NCBI GenBank assembly: GCA_965235115.1
Contig: OZ249447.1
Coordinates: 24,862,001 to 24,926,000, forward strand
From: Laetmonice hystrix
Lineage: Eukaryota
DNA length: 64,000 bases
Direction: 5' to 3'
This document shows, one piece after another, positions 25,785-39,932 of this stretch. Within the stretch, counting starts at the first letter, position 1, and each line of letters opens with the position of its first letter. A program made the position numbers and the translations under genes. The notes under the pieces were generated by a model. That model was not told the origin of the DNA, did not search any database, and was given only the letters and a program-made list of their open reading frames with translations.

Positions 25785-27723
25785 CTGAAAGATCGTCATA
25801 TTCATTGTTACTTTTTATCTGGTACATGGTTTCCCTTGACAGAAAACAATCTTGGTCAAAATGTCGCAATGAACTTTAAGGTCCAGGATATTACTCTTAC
25901 TGTTCAGAGGTTGAATATCTGAAATCATTAGCATAACATTAATCATAATGTATTATAGAAATTATATTTTCAACCCATAGAATGCAGTTTGTGTTTTTTA
26001 AACCTTAAAACAAGAGGTAATTCATTATTATTCCATCAGTCATGCAACTAAAGGTTTCATCATCATCAGATTTCATCATATTGCACATTTAAATTGTATG
26101 ATAAATGTTACAGAAGAATAGCTTAGGAACTAAAAATTGTAAAATTGTTTAAAACGACCAATTCCAACACAGGATTATATAATAATTTTACACTAGATTA
26201 GAAAATAACGACGTAAGAAATTAGGTCTGGCATTCTGCAAGAGAATCATGATGTTAGTGAGGTAAATATCGTTAGTAGAGCTACCCCCGCTTTGACTGGG
26301 ACCCAACCCAATCATGTATAGACTACAGATATCAACTGTCTCCGATTTCATTACGAATGGGCTGGGGACATGAGGTCCAGGAGAAAACGGTCGGAATATA
26401 CTGGTATGTTAATATTTCAATTAGTCAGCACAGACAGCCGATAAATATATGCATTCATTAATGTTTCAACGGTATGGAACCTTTAAACTTTATCTCCCTA
26501 CGCTAACAAAGTTTACCAAATATGTAGACCATTGAAATATCAGGGAAACGTGTGCAGTCATGCGTGACGTTGCTAATCTATGGTTCCAAACTCCACTGGA
26601 TCAATAGCAGTCATCATGTCTGAGATATGATCAAAGGGAATGTCAATCTTTAATATATCAAACATGACAAGAGAAAAAGGTTGTGATGATGTGAGGCAAT
26701 GGGTGTAAGGGAACATGATCCGATGTGAACGTGTGAGTGAGACTCCAGGTGCCTTGGAACTCCATGCATGGGTCCTGGCAGCTTCCTAACCCGGATACAA
26801 TGACAACTTCAGGTCTGAATGCTCCTCATCACCGACTTCAATGTAATCCAATGCTCCACTATATCCTCACCACTAACTCCATTATAACCAAATGATCCAC
26901 TACCTCCACAATGACTGACTTCAAGTACGCACACTGGGATCTCTTCAAATTTGTAATGACAATATCTGCAGCACCAAAATTCGGTGCGTTGTCCTCATAC
27001 ACATCTACATACATCTATACACCTTTCCCATGCGTTCCTGTCTCCACGTGGGCGTTTGCTATCTCTTAATCCCCACTCATCCCCACAGAATATCTCTAAA
27101 ACTCATGACCATCACCAAAAGATATCTCTAAATCCCAGTTTGATCTCCTAAAAATATCTTTGTGGTCAGACTTTGAGATGCGCCAGTGCCTCAGCAAAAC
27201 ACGTCAATTTAGCTATTCTATTTCTACCCCTTGTGTAGAGGTCCTCCACAGAGCTACCTTTTCTTTCTATAGTACAGAACAAACTGACTCTAATTGCCTA
27301 CCACTGTATCGAACATCTTCAGACACGTCCCTGAAGATGCTATCCAGTACGTACGTACCAAAGGAGACCACCCGTATCAGGGTGGCTGAAACCGTGTGCC
27401 TTTTGCTCAAGTAGCAGCGACACCTGCCATGGGTAGACCCCACACGCAGGGTCTGGGACCTACAGTATTCTACAACACATTAACCACGTTGCTATGGGTT
27501 ACTTCACTCGTTGTCAGTAGCAACCAAACGGGAAAAGTAGAAAGAAAGCAAGCACAAGGTAAGGCATTCCTAGCTGAACGGTGAGCTTCAACAACTGGAT
27601 CAACGAAACAAGCTGGATCAACATAAATCAACGGTAACAGTGATTATACAAAATGATTTAGAGAAAATATGAATCGATCAGAATGCTTGCATGGTGAGGG
27701 CGACCAACTTATGCTCTACAAAC

Positions 27724-27789
27724 CACGTTGTGGAGTTTTTGATGTTGGTACTGGGCGTTTTTGTCTTGCGCTTGCTGCTCGTTTCCTCC
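27724..27789 (-). CDS. Candidate FGD-B exon (GRKRAASARQKRPVPTSKTPQR)
   Basis: cttgttactttcag acceptor and weaker G|gtttgt donor; 66 nt, phase 1-1, open frame. Confidence 0.45.
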
Positions 27790-29393
27790 CTGAAAGTAAC
27801 AAGATTATAGTGTTCATAGCCCTTGGTCCTGGCAAGATCCTGGCCCAGTGATCGTTAGGGAAACCTTCGGTCAGTCCGGGAGTGAGGTCCACAGGTCATC
27901 CGATGTAACCAGGCAACCATTGCAGTATTAACATCATGTCTTATGTAAAGTGTCCAAGGAATCAAGATCACTTTAAAGGTGGTGTCAGAATATGAACTTT
28001 AACAACTCAACACCCAACTTGATGCTCTCCACACAGCTTGCTTTGAAGTACAATAAAATAAAGGTTCAGGCCTAATCAGAGAAATCAACCAAACATGAAT
28101 GCACTTTCATAACGTTTGCTGAGTGATATAAGAAATCGTTGTTTTCTGGCCTCTGTCACACAACTGAAAGCCTGGTATCCTATTTAACACTGCACCTAAC
28201 GTAAAACAATCAGTGACTTCTTCATTTGAGAAATAAGAAAACAAATCAAGCTGTTCAAGGTTCTATGTTTGTTCTATGCTTTTAAAAAGGGTCCTGGTTC
28301 CGGTATTGTGGGAAATAACACCATATTTTATAACCGGTAATTCAATACATGTGTACAAACAAATACTGTTATGAACTAGATTTTTTCTTCTTCTTTTCAC
28401 CCTATCAGAATACAATAAGATGCGAAATGTTCTACTCTCAATCCGTCCAAAGAAAAACAGACTTAAAACTGCTGGAGCTTATAAAACAAACTGCCATTCT
28501 CTCTTCCAAAGGGACAATAACTACCCTGCAGCTTTCATTTCCATGCCTTGCACAGACGACACAACACTGCTCCAAACTATCAGGAGCAGCATCGGTGGCC
28601 AACAATTTGTTATGTGTTTTTTTTAAACATGGTCCACGAGGACGGGACCAGACTGACATTAACTGTTGTATACCGGGCTGTCTGTCTGATATAGGGGGTG
28701 AACCAGGCAGGCTATATCTATCCAGTACACACTCCCTCCCACACTCTGATACATGATATCAACATTCTGCGACTGCCGTAATAAACGTATCTCACATCTT
28801 ATTAACTCCCAGACGAGTATCATCAACTTGTACATCCTTCTAACTGTACGTACGTCCATCATGACATGCAAGACTTTAGCCGAGAGTCACTGTGAAAAGT
28901 TTGTGACGACCAAGGCAACTTTTGTCTATTTTGATCTTTCATGTCAGGAGAACACTCGATCTGTCAGTAAATAGGGTTTGAACTGTCAGCCTTTTACAGA
29001 ACTTTGGGGTTGTGCGAGTTCGTCGGCGTTCTACTTATACAGAGCTGAATGCTGTTGTCGCAAACAAATTATTTAGTACATAGTATTTGTTCTGCCGTGT
29101 TTTTTTTTTTCTTTCTACTTAAATTTGTAAATAATATATAATACATGTGTACACATAACCCTGCCCAGTCCTCTCATTGTCAAGCAATATAAATAAAAGA
29201 TGAGATATTTGAATTCACTAAAGATGACATCCTCCCCTCCACTCCTAATGTCTGAGGATGAGCCTCCTCCTTACATCCGCTACTAACATTAACCACAGGA
29301 AGAGGCGCCCAAGCGTTACAACGGATATAATAAATATAAATGATGTCCATCACACTCACCAGGCTTCACTTTCGGTAGGAATCCATACCTTAC

Positions 29394-29432
29394 CAACATG
29401 ACTCCATCGATCAGTAGATGCAGTACCTTTCA
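29394..29432 (-). CDS. Candidate 39-nt FGD-B microexon (MKGTASTDRWSHV)
   Basis: ctgcag acceptor and G|gtaagg donor; phase 1-1. A second donor (G|gtgagt near 29359) could instead close an alternative ATG-containing exon. Confidence 0.35.
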
Positions 29433-29860
29433 CTGCAGTGATCTGGGCAAGCTTGGCCAAATATCATGTACCCATCCAATACTATCACTTAATGACTTTG
29501 GTACTCTAGGACGTCCTGAGTTTTAAGTCGACAGACATCCTGATTTGGGAGTATTGTAATTTGTATGACTACTAACTGTCGGCAAACGTTCATGTCGTTA
29601 AATTTAAAGTTGCCTGGTTTCATTTCTATCTGCTAAACTCTCTGCGTGACTTGCTGGAAGGATTAAATTTCACATAAAATACAAGGTTCCTATTCAATAC
29701 GTAAAATTCATTCTTAGTGTATTTCAATCTGAGATCTTGTAACTGTATTGGAACATACGAGACGTCTTTTTAAAAATAACTTGTAGAGCATTTCACTTTA
29801 GGTAACTTGAATCCTTGGAAGAATTCTTACTAGTAATATTGATATGAGAAACAGCAGTCT

Positions 29861-30490
29861 CCTGACCCTCACTAGCTAAGGGACCACAGAAGCCGGTAAC
29901 AGCAGCCTCCTGCCCCTCACTAGCTAAGGGACCACAGAAGTCGGTAACAGCAGCCTCCTGCCCCTCACTAGCTAAGGGACCACAGAAGTCGGTAACAGCA
30001 GCCTCCTGACCCTCACTAGCTAAGGGACCACAGACAGCTGACCGCAGAAGTCGGTAACAGCAGCCTCCTGCCCCTCACTAGCTAAGGGACCACAGAAGTC
30101 GGTAACAGCAGCCTCCTGACCCTCACTAGCTAAGGGACCACAGAAGTCGGTAACAGCAGCCTCCTGACCCTCACTAGCTAAGGGACCACAGAAGTCGGTA
30201 ACAGCAGCCTCCTGACCCTCACTAGCTAAGGGACCACAGAAGTCGGTAACAGCAGCCTCCTGACCCTCACTAGCTAAGGGACCACAGAAGTCGGTAACAG
30301 CAGCCTCCTGACCCTCACTAGCTAAGGGACCACAGACAGCTGACCACAGAAGTCGGTAACAGCAGCCTTCCTGACCCTCAGGGCCTCACTAGCTAAGGGA
30401 CCACAGAAGTCGGTAACAGCAGCCTCCTGCCCCTCACTAGCTAAGGGACCACAGACAGCTGACCACAGAAGTCGGTAACAGCAGCCTTCC
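29861..30490. repeat. 48-bp minisatellite, about 12 copies, some with a ~14-nt insert
   Basis: Unit cctgaccctcactagctaagggaccacagaagtcggtaacagcagcct. Confidence 0.93.
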
Positions 30491-32119
30491 TGAAGAACCA
30501 CAGATTGCTCCAACTCTACTCACAGTCACACACGCCGTCACCTCAGACTGCCACAGTTCCGTGCAAGGCCTCTTTCATTCCCAATTTGTGCAGACGAGGT
30601 GTATCCGCACTCCTAGATAATTGATACACTAGAGGCTTCCATACAGAGATTAGACCCGGAGGGGTATTCGGTTCTGCTGAATAGACTTATATTGAGGGCT
30701 AGACTAGACGGCACTTACCACCAGGGCAGGAGACTGACGGTGACTGGGTAGAAGTGGATAGTGGTGTATTCATATAAAGTGACCCCTACACCTTCTCTAC
30801 CCGTGGTGGTGGTTGTAGTGGTGGTGGTGGTGGTCATGGGGTGTGGGGGTCCACTCCCCTATACCACATCACGTTGATCCATACCCATTTCTACATTATC
30901 CCACTGTGTCACCGCTATCCCTATTGGTCCGGCTCAATGAGCTTGGCAGATGCGCTGATCCTTCCTTACTTGCCCCTACTAATACAAGCCGCCAACCCGT
31001 ACCCCTAGCGCGGATAGGAGGGGGGGGGGGTAGGGGGGCTACCCCCTCGCTTATAACAAAGTAGGTTTAAAATACACTAACAATGATCCATAAACTCCCC
31101 TTCCAATTTGCCCCCTCCCACCCCACTAGAATACCCCTCCTGTATCCGTCGCCGAACCCCCCACCACTCATCATCCATTTGCTGGCACAACATTGCCATA
31201 CAGAACATGCCCTCTTGTACTCACAGGCCTACCCGGCACATCAAGGTCACCATGGAGACCGTTAGCCCTGTCAACGACACGGCCTTCCTGATCGTTTATA
31301 TGGCTTCATTCAAACGTCCAAACTTGTGGTAAGTATCGGGTGGCCCCTTATCAAAGAAAAATTGGATAACCTCAACACCTTTAAATTATGCAACAAATCT
31401 GGTACTGGAAGATGCACCAGGCTTCAAGTCATTTCCAGCTGCGAGTCGTCCTTATTCAAAACAACTGCGTGTAAGAGAAAAAGATTTGTAGGAGGAGACT
31501 TTTGCTTGAATGAGATTGTGTTTTCTTGCTGGTCCTTGCTCTCTGTGGGGGTTAGATTTTCTCGTGTGGTGGTACAGTAGGAGGTTTACGGTATTTGTTG
31601 TGAGTGAGGGTGGGGTGTGGGGGTGGGGGGTGGGGGTGGGGTGGGGGTCTTGTGGACGGTGTACCCTTTCGCTCTGTTGTTATATATTGTACCGGTATGA
31701 TGGTGATAATGGCCACATTGATATCCTAGCCAGCACCCTGACATGTATACACCCGGTACCCGACACCCCCCCCCCCCCCCCTCCAGTACACGGTCCGTGG
31801 GGAGGGGGAGGGGGCTACCACGCTCGTGGATGGTGGCCTAGATGAAGATTTTGGGATGTTCTAGGAAAGGGGAGCATCTTCTCATGCATACTGATTATAA
31901 ACGAGATAAAAATCTAAAGTAACCCTAACTAAGAAATGAATATTATTTTTTATATTTCATTTGCAAGTATTTACAAGACTTGTAGTACTAATCATATTTT
32001 CTTCTATATATCTGATACTAAAACAAACCTACCGGTAATATTATGTGACATCATACTTTCTTTATAAATACATCTGTATACATTTGTGCATACAGATGTT
32101 ACTGCCAGCTGCTATATTT

Positions 32120-32250
32120 GAGATCAAGGCGTGCGTTTTGAGCCATGGCACAGGTTTGATGTCCCTGGTCGGAGCCATGGCAGGTTATGTTGACAGTGTT
32201 TTCTCGCCATTACCCTGGGTGTACATCCCGGTATAAAACTGGCACCTGAC
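32120..32250 (+). mobile_element. Degenerate tRNA-derived SINE-like remnant
   Basis: B-box-like ggtttgatgtccctggtcggagcca, followed by accctgggtgtac...ataaaactggcacc, which resembles the CCCAGGTGTATAAATGGGTACC segment common in invertebrate SINEs. Confidence 0.35.
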
Positions 32251-32814
32251 CATCATCCATCTAGCACCCTCTCAGTTCGGGCTCATCTCACCCCACCCCA
32301 CCCCACCGGCCGCACCCCCCGCCCCCCCCCAACCCCCATACCACCCGTACCCCGACATCACCTTACTTGACAGGTCACCTTCAAACACGTCAGATAAACA
32401 GTCATAAAGATAGAAACACTTTTCCTTTTTTGCTTGCCAGATGGCTTGATGTAGCAAGCTTTGACTCTACGGGTATCTTTGTGCCACTGTACTAGTTGAC
32501 CTACCCTTCCTGAGTATATGTTTCCATGCTGAATTCTAATATAGGCTAATGAGATAAAGTTTCCGACTTATGAGATGGAACCACCGGTACTACTTCACAC
32601 CCAGACACAAATACACGTGTATCCATGTGAATTTTCTCGCCTTTACGAAAGTACTGCTCCATTCCCTTTCTAATATATTCAGGTATTACATAAATTGCCC
32701 AAAACTCAGTTACTTTTGCAATGAAATCGCACCATGGAAAAGTCCGTACTTTTAATGAATTAGATAGAGATGCATGCAAAGTTATAGGAGTTATATTAGA
32801 GAAGACCATGTTAG

Positions 32815-32976
32815 CAGGCACAGATCCAAGGTCAGGGTGGGGGTGGGTGGACTTGAACCAACATGGAAAACTGAAAGGTGGATCCAAGAAATGTCAAGCT
32901 GGGAGCTGAAGAAAAATGCGGGGAGTCTAACCCTCAGCTTAGCCACCCCCAAACAACCCCTCTGGATTTGCCCCTG
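32815..32976. mobile_element. Small MITE-like element with CAGG..GATCCA / TGGAT..CCCTG ends
   Basis: caggcacagatcca...tctggatttgcccctg imperfect TIRs. Related ends occur at about 2995 and 54665. Confidence 0.35.
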
Positions 32977-33800
32977 GGTAGTATTTTCCTATAAAACTAT
33001 TCCATGTTAGACATCTACACACACAACATAGAGAGGTAGGACGATGGAGCAGGATAGTAAATAACATGCATTAGATTCGCCAATCTAAATAAAAAATCTG
33101 ATTTTATTTCGAGGGGGGGGGAGTGACCTGGGCAGGGAGAACTGCTCAACCCCTGTCAACTTACGAACTCTAATTAGGATACAGTTTTGACTTAATCCTC
33201 CGGGATTTCAAGATCAAAGATAACTTTATTAAAGTAGATAAATGTATGCTCTTTACCTCCAACAGCCACCTTACACCCCAACACTAGTAACACACACATA
33301 CTGCTAGACACAACGCAGATAGATACATATTAAATCATGACTCAATATAAAGACCGTGTTAAAAGATAAATACTGGCTGTGAAAATATTAGCAATGACAA
33401 CACATACAGTACAAATATCACAACAACCTGAAACAAAGAAGTTTTGAGTTTACCTGAAATGTCTAAAATATACCCAGCTTCACTTAAAAAATCTGAAACA
33501 AACAGAGAACGTGCAACTCATGCCATATGTAGCAATTAAAAAATGTATAGTTTAAATGCTTAAATCAAACCAGCTTACACTGTGAAAACTTCCATGTCTG
33601 TACTGAGACAATAGAAGTGCGCATTAACAGAGCAGAAGAGCTAAGCACAACATGATAGAGATATCAAGCTTCAGAGAACTACAATCTATGGAAACATACT
33701 TTAAATAATTAATAAAAAGTCACAGGCAGAATTCAGTGGAGAAGCATTTCAGTAGCAGAAAAACCGATCAATGCAAGGATTATTGTCAACGCATACTTAC

Positions 33801-34007
33801 TTTGAAACAGGTCCAAGTCTTCAGTCGTGAAAGACGTCGAGTTTTGTTTCCTCAGTGGCGCCCTTTTCTCCGTAGATGGCTGCTTCCTAATTTGCACACC
33901 AGGGGGCACCCTGGCGTTTCCTGTCTTTGGTAAAGGCGCAGGTTTTTTGACACTCTTCCCACCAGGGGGCGCTTGCGGACTCGGCCCCTCTCCATCGTTG
34001 TGGCTCC
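33801..34007 (-). CDS. FGD-B N-terminal exon (GSHNDGEGPSPQAPPGGKSVKKPAPLPKT...DLDLFQ)
   Basis: Strong acceptor tttttctccgccag and donor A|gtaagt; 207 nt, phase 1-1. The frame is open and Pro/Lys-rich, and joins in frame with the exon at 48452-48572. Confidence 0.65.
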
Positions 34008-34958
34008 CTGGCGGAGAAAAACGATGCCATTATGATGCAGTTCAGTCATATCACGAAAAAACAGCACACAAAACTTTTTTTCTCATGTTACAAGGTACTG
34101 TAAACAAGACACGCTCTAATAAATTCATATTCAATTTAAACAATCAGTAGGGACCTACACGGTAACACCTACAGTATAATGTTTGCAACCATAAATTAAT
34201 GACCGTATATACGCTATTAGATTATTTATCACAATCTTAAGAACGGTGACACGAATTATATCAGGTAATCTTGGCCAGAATACATCTGTACATTTCCCCG
34301 ATAATTCTTGCTTTAATAGAATTCTGAGAGAAACATCTCTTTCATCCATGTGTCAGCTTTTTACCTCGGTTACCCGACACAAGTGTTTTTGTTCTATAAA
34401 ATAAGCCCAAACATGATTGGAGCCTGTGGCGAATACTGTTTTCATTGCAGTCCTATATTCGTATGCCGGATTCACTAAATCACCCGCGCCATATCATCAA
34501 AAGTCCCTGTAGACGTGCGAACCGCGGATCGTTTTATATACCCGTCATATTATGGGGTTAATTAGTCTGCAGGGACTGCCTGTATACGGCAGTGGCGGGC
34601 AGTCCTGGCTGAGCCCGCCGGAAGGCACCAACTTCGGCCGCGCCTGGTCGGGAATTAGGGATATACATGTATAGTGAATTAGGGACATGGTGAATTAGGG
34701 ACATACCGACGGAGATATCGAGTTATCTCTACACTAGGTTCGGAAACTATTTCTGCTTCTGTGAATCCAAATGCTTCAATTTCCCCAAGTAAACTGTCTG
34801 CTTTGATATCATTGATTCCTCAGACCTTAGGTGAACGTGCAGCAGGGTTCCGGTATTCCGCCTGAGATGAGTACGTATTGTCACTGTGGTGACCATTACC
34901 ATTATCTTACCATTATCACTACAATTATCTGACCATTTGAACAGACCGAGTCGTGATA

Positions 34959-36503
34959 ACTTATTTCAAAAGTCAGTCCTCCATGGAGCCTCCCCTACTG
35001 GTACGAATCACACTTAACAATAACAGGATCAAGGTATTTCAAAAGTCAGTTAGTAGTTCTCCATCGAGTCTTCCCTACTGGTACAAATCACACTAACAGT
35101 TACTAACAGGATCAAGTTATTTCAAAAGTCAGTTAGTTCTCCATGGAGTCTCCCCTACTGGTGCGAATCACCCTAACAGTAACAGGATCAAGTTATTTCA
35201 AAAGTCAGTTAGTTCTCCATCGAGTCTCCCCTACTGGTGCGAATCACACTAACAGTAACAGGATCAAGTTATTTCAAAAGTCAAGTTTGTTCTCCATCGA
35301 GTCTCCCCTACTGGTGCGAATCACACTAACAGTAACAGGATCAAGTTATTTCAAAAGTCAGTTACCGGTAGTTCTCCATGGAGCCTCCCCTACTGGTGCG
35401 AATCACACTAACAGTAACAGGATCAAGTTATTTCAAAAGTCAGTTACCGGTAGTTCTCCATGGAGCCTCCCCTACTGGTGCGAATCACACTAACAGTAAC
35501 AGGATCAAGTTATTTCAAAAGTCAGTTTGTTCTCCATGGAGCCTCCCCTACTGGTGCGAATCACACTAACAGTAACAGGATCAAGTTATTTCAAAAGTCA
35601 GTTTGTTCTCCATGGAGCCTCCCCTACTGGTGCGAATCACACTAACAGTAACAGGATCAAGTTATTTCAAAAGTCAGTTAGTTCTCCATGGAGCCTCCCC
35701 TACTGGTGCGAATCACACTAACAGTAACAGGATCAAGTTATTTCAAAAGTCAGTTAGTTCTCCATGGAGCCTCCCCTACTGGTACGAATCACACTAACAG
35801 TAACAGGATCAAGGTATTTCAAAAGTCAAGTTTGTTCTCCATCGAGTCTCCCCTACTGGTGCGAATCACACTAACAGTAACAGGATCAAGTTATTTCAAA
35901 AGTCAGTTAGTTCTCCATCGAGTCTCCCCTACTGGTGCGAATCACACTAACAGTAACAGGATCAAGTTATTTCAAAAGTCAGTTTGTTCTCCATGGAGCC
36001 TCCCCTACTGGTGCGAATCACACTAACAGTAACAGGATCAAGTTATTTCAAAAGTCAGTTAGTTCTCCATGGAGCCTCCCCTACTGGTGCGAATCACACT
36101 AACAGTAACAGGATCAAGTTATTTCAAAAGTCAGTTAGTTCTCCATGGAGTCTTCCCTACTGGTGCGAATCACACTAACAGTTACTAACAGGATCAAGTT
36201 ATTTCAAAAGTCAGTTAGTTCTCCATGGAGCCTCCCCTACTGGTGCGAATCACACTAACAGTAACAGGATCAAGTTATTTCAAAAGTCAGTTAGTTCTCC
36301 ATGGAGCCTCCCCTACTGGTGCGAATCACACTAACAGTAACAGGATCAAGTTATTTCAAAAGTCAGTTAGTTCTCCATGGAGCCTCCCCTACTGGTGCGA
36401 ATCACACTAACAGTAACAGGATCAAGTTATTTCAAAAGTCAGTTAGTTCTCCATGGAGTCTACCCTACTGGTACGAATCACACTAACAGTAACAGGATCA
36501 AGT
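34959..36503. repeat. 76-bp tandem satellite, about 20 copies
   Basis: Unit ctccatggagcctcccctactggtgcgaatcacactaacagtaacaggatcaagttatttcaaaagtcagttagtt. The ORF track repeats with a 76-nt period. Confidence 0.95.
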
Positions 36504-37711
36504 TCAGTCTATGCACAGTTACCGGTAAATTCCTGACCTCGGAGTCAAATGTCAAACAGGTCGATTTACTATTCTACACATAGCGGTATCCTGGTTCGCC
36601 AGACCACCGATCTATAATATATACTCTGGATCTATGGTCAGACAGAGTCATCAACAAAACTTGAAACGTACCATAATGTTAAATTATCGGGTCAGTGTAG
36701 CTTTAATTGTCCTTAAATTACGCAAGGATCTACTAATCTACTGCTAGTTTTCAACTCTGTTGGAAGTCATAGCAGCAACAACTCTTGCCGCCTTGATTTT
36801 CATCTCTTAAGGCACTGCAACTGCAACCTCTGAAAGTAATTTCTGCAGAAACCACACCTACAGGTGTAAATTGTTTCTTCTAATAAACTGACCCAAAAGC
36901 AAAACTCTTCCTCTGAATTTCCTCTTCCTGCTAGGAAATCCTATGTGAACATTACAATATTTGTGTTTCGCGGAATAAGCTACAGACTGAATGACCGCCA
37001 AACAGCCCGACCCAATTAGCTACCTGCCGAGAGGCTTCCCTGAGGCCTCTACCGGGAAGGTCACAGAACCCACACTTTGCAGGGTGTGCCAAGCAGCTTG
37101 GCCGACGATCAACACCTCAGGCACAGGAGGCAACTATAGTCCATCCTGGATCTGCACAGCACTGCCATCTCTGGTAGCACTAATGTAGGATAATACACAT
37201 TTCTAGCACCGAGCTTATCGGGCCAATTAGATTATTAATACGCGGTTCTTTTTCATCAATCACTGGCAATTGACATTAAGGCAATAAGCTGATGCAAATT
37301 TACTATCAGTTGCCTTTGGCCGGGGGGGGGGGAGACGTTTTTACTGAAAATGCATACAATACATAATAATCTTAGTGATAGACGTTATAACATAAATTAT
37401 ATATCCAACTACCATCAATATAGCACACGGGCCAGCCGGCTCCCACCAGTACTGATTTACCGATATCTATTAAAAAGTGAACTTCCTTGTGACGGCATAT
37501 TCAAGTTATCAGTATTGCTCATCTTGTCTTGTCTTGCAACTGGGTCAAACAAACTGCCCTAGTTACTGAGTGAAGGCATTGTAATCATATCATTAATGTC
37601 CTTCCCCAAGTTAACTGCCACATCAGCGCCAAGATCCAAGCAAAACTAGAACCAGTTCTAGACTAGTACATGGATCCTTATTGTTACCGTGAAAATGCTC
37701 AAACACCGCGG

Positions 37712-37917
37712 CTGTAGTAAAAACCTCCAAACGGGTGGGACATATTTTGGTAAAAAGCGGACTTTTCCCCCAATTTAGGTAAAGGTGGCCCACCGTTGGC
37801 CTGGAGCCAGCTTTTCAGGATGGACCCAGGATATTTGCCCTTCAGTGAAAAACTGAAAACTGACCAAAGGCTTTCTGCACTTCTATGTAAAAGGTGGACC
37901 TGGAGGGTTTTCTACAG
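37712..37917. mobile_element. Possible MITE (206 bp)
   Basis: ctgtagtaaaaacctcca / tggagggttttctacag imperfect TIRs; no clear TSD. Confidence 0.4.
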
Positions 37918-38292
37918 GCTTGGTTAGACCGTTAGAGGGAGAGAGACTGCAGCCCAGTGTGTGAAATCAAGGACCACAGGGAGTTCCCAGGGTCAAACAC
38001 TAGCTGGGTGAACAGCGGGATGAATGGTGAATGTTCCGGTCAGAAGGCCATGACCCCTAGCTCTGACCTGGTCCTCACATCCCGATCATGCTGACCACAT
38101 CAAAATATACCCATCACGCGCTGACCCCATCACAATGTGTCAAACTGTTCAAGCTCTCTCAGTTGACCAGTATGATATCATTGTATAATATATATTGAAA
38201 AGGAAAGTGTTTTATCTGGAAGCCACCACATTCTCCAAACTCAGAGTGAAGTTGTGAGCTCATGTTATCCCATAACATTGACCAAAGTCCTC

Positions 38293-39141
38293 GGGTCATT
38301 CCATATGAACTCAACCAGAGGTCCCCAGGTCACCGATTCAGATTTGGCTCAAAAAAATTGTGGGAGTACCTTTACATATATAATGAACACATGCAAAATT
38401 TTAAGCTTCAAATCCCAAGGGTTTCTGAGATATGACCCTCAAAACATGGTGGGGGGTAGCCCACTTTTTGCACTCGCAAATCACTACGTTAATTTGTAGG
38501 GGGATTTGGAGGCCAATAGCTTGAAAATAAATCAAACTGTTTGGGCTGAAACTTGCTAGGGAAATATTTGCAAAAAAGTCATTTTTTCCAGCCGAGACCC
38601 TTTTCAGAGGCTCGTAACTCCTATATTAAAAGTATTTAATAAAGTCAATTTTCCTACTGCAGACAGATCTGTCCCCAAATAAAAGGAATCCAGCATCATT
38701 TACCCTCTGCAGGTGATTCTGGGCTGATGGGGGGTCCTTGAAAATTGAATTTTGTATTTTCGGCCATAAAAAGATTCATATTTGAGAGGCCAATAGCACA
38801 GAAATGAGAAGAGGTAGACTAATTTCGATGACAGATTCTGAAAGCCTGGGTCTCAATTACCCTGGCTAGCAAGTTTCAGCCCAAACCTTTGATTTATTTT
38901 CAAGCTATTGGCCTCCAAATCCCCCTACAAATTAACGTCCGCGATTTGCGAGTGCAAAAAGTGGGCTACCCCCCACCATGTTCAGAGAGGCATATCTCAG
39001 AAACCCTTGGGAGTTGAAGCCTAAAATTTTGCATGTGTTCATTATATGTCTAGGGGTACTCTGAAAAAAAAATTCAGCCAAATCTGAGTCGGTGACCCGG
39101 GAAAATTTCTCAAATTTGGTTGAGTTCATATGGAATGACCC
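38293..39141. mobile_element. Non-autonomous DNA transposon with TIRs of about 275 bp and a 4-bp TSD (Sola2-like)
   Basis: Starts gggtcattccatatgaactcaacca and ends tggttgagttcatatggaatgaccc; arms stay alignable to about 38565/38865; cctc flanks both ends (38289-38292 and 39142-39145). No transposase ORF. Confidence 0.8.
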
Positions 39142-39932
39142 CCTCGTAATAATGTGATACTTACTGAGAGACATAGATCACATATATGCCTACAGTCTGT
39201 CCTATACTCCTCACCTTGTTGACAATACTATTACCCCAGTTTGTACCTAATACATCACACTTGTACTATCTACTACTTCCTCAATTACTGTTGGTACTAG
39301 TTTTCCCTATGAGATACTAATGAGATTCTAATGCATGTCCGATATAAAAAGTGAACGTCCTTGCATTCATCTGGAACATCCTCACCCATTTCTGTCAATT
39401 ATACCTCCGGACGAAACATGTATAAATACTATATCTTTGGGGAAATGTGGCTGAAGAACTTTACCCCCTCCCCCTTTCGTAAACAGTCCAATTATCTTTA
39501 AAATTAAATGGATCTATGCGTCAGCCCATGTATTAACATATTCGTAACATTTCACATCAATTTGATACATTTTGTATTTGACATGCAGGCCTCATCAAAT
39601 CAGGCTTCATCTTTGGAGAACTATTCAAGGTGCCAGTAAAAAAAAATTCAGTGAAATACCTGCTAGACCTGTGCGTGTCGAGATTGGGCTCAACAATTTG
39701 GCACATTCTTTTGCCGAATGTGTGAAATATTTTAATTGTGGTGGCAAAAGGACCCAGGTCTGAGCGGCTTACCATGTATCTGAACCTTAGAGTAGACCCC
39801 GTCCAAAAACAAAACTACCCAGTGGGTGGGAGTCACGTACGTGATCTATTTTCACGAAGTGACGTTTCTTTTTCTTTTCTCCGTGCGTTTTTCCCAGATC
39901 GCCGGGACGCCCGTTCCCCTGTGGGGGTGGGG

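Noticed and set aside
29861-30513. 48-bp repeat as an in-frame 16-aa coding repeat of FGD-B
   Set aside because: The 14-nt inserts shift the frame and no flanking splice sites fit.
30719-30743. 25-nt minus-strand microexon with good splice sites
   Set aside because: Its length and phase do not fit the phase-1 chain; it could only be a UTR or poison exon, and nothing else supports it.
32082-32170. Plus-strand exon partner for 31227-31328
   Set aside because: Joining them creates TGA at the junction, and the segment looks like a decayed SINE.
34959-36583. CRISPR-like array or repeat protein
   Set aside because: Units are contiguous near-identical copies with no unique spacers, there are no cas genes, the context is eukaryotic, and the 76-nt period breaks any reading frame.
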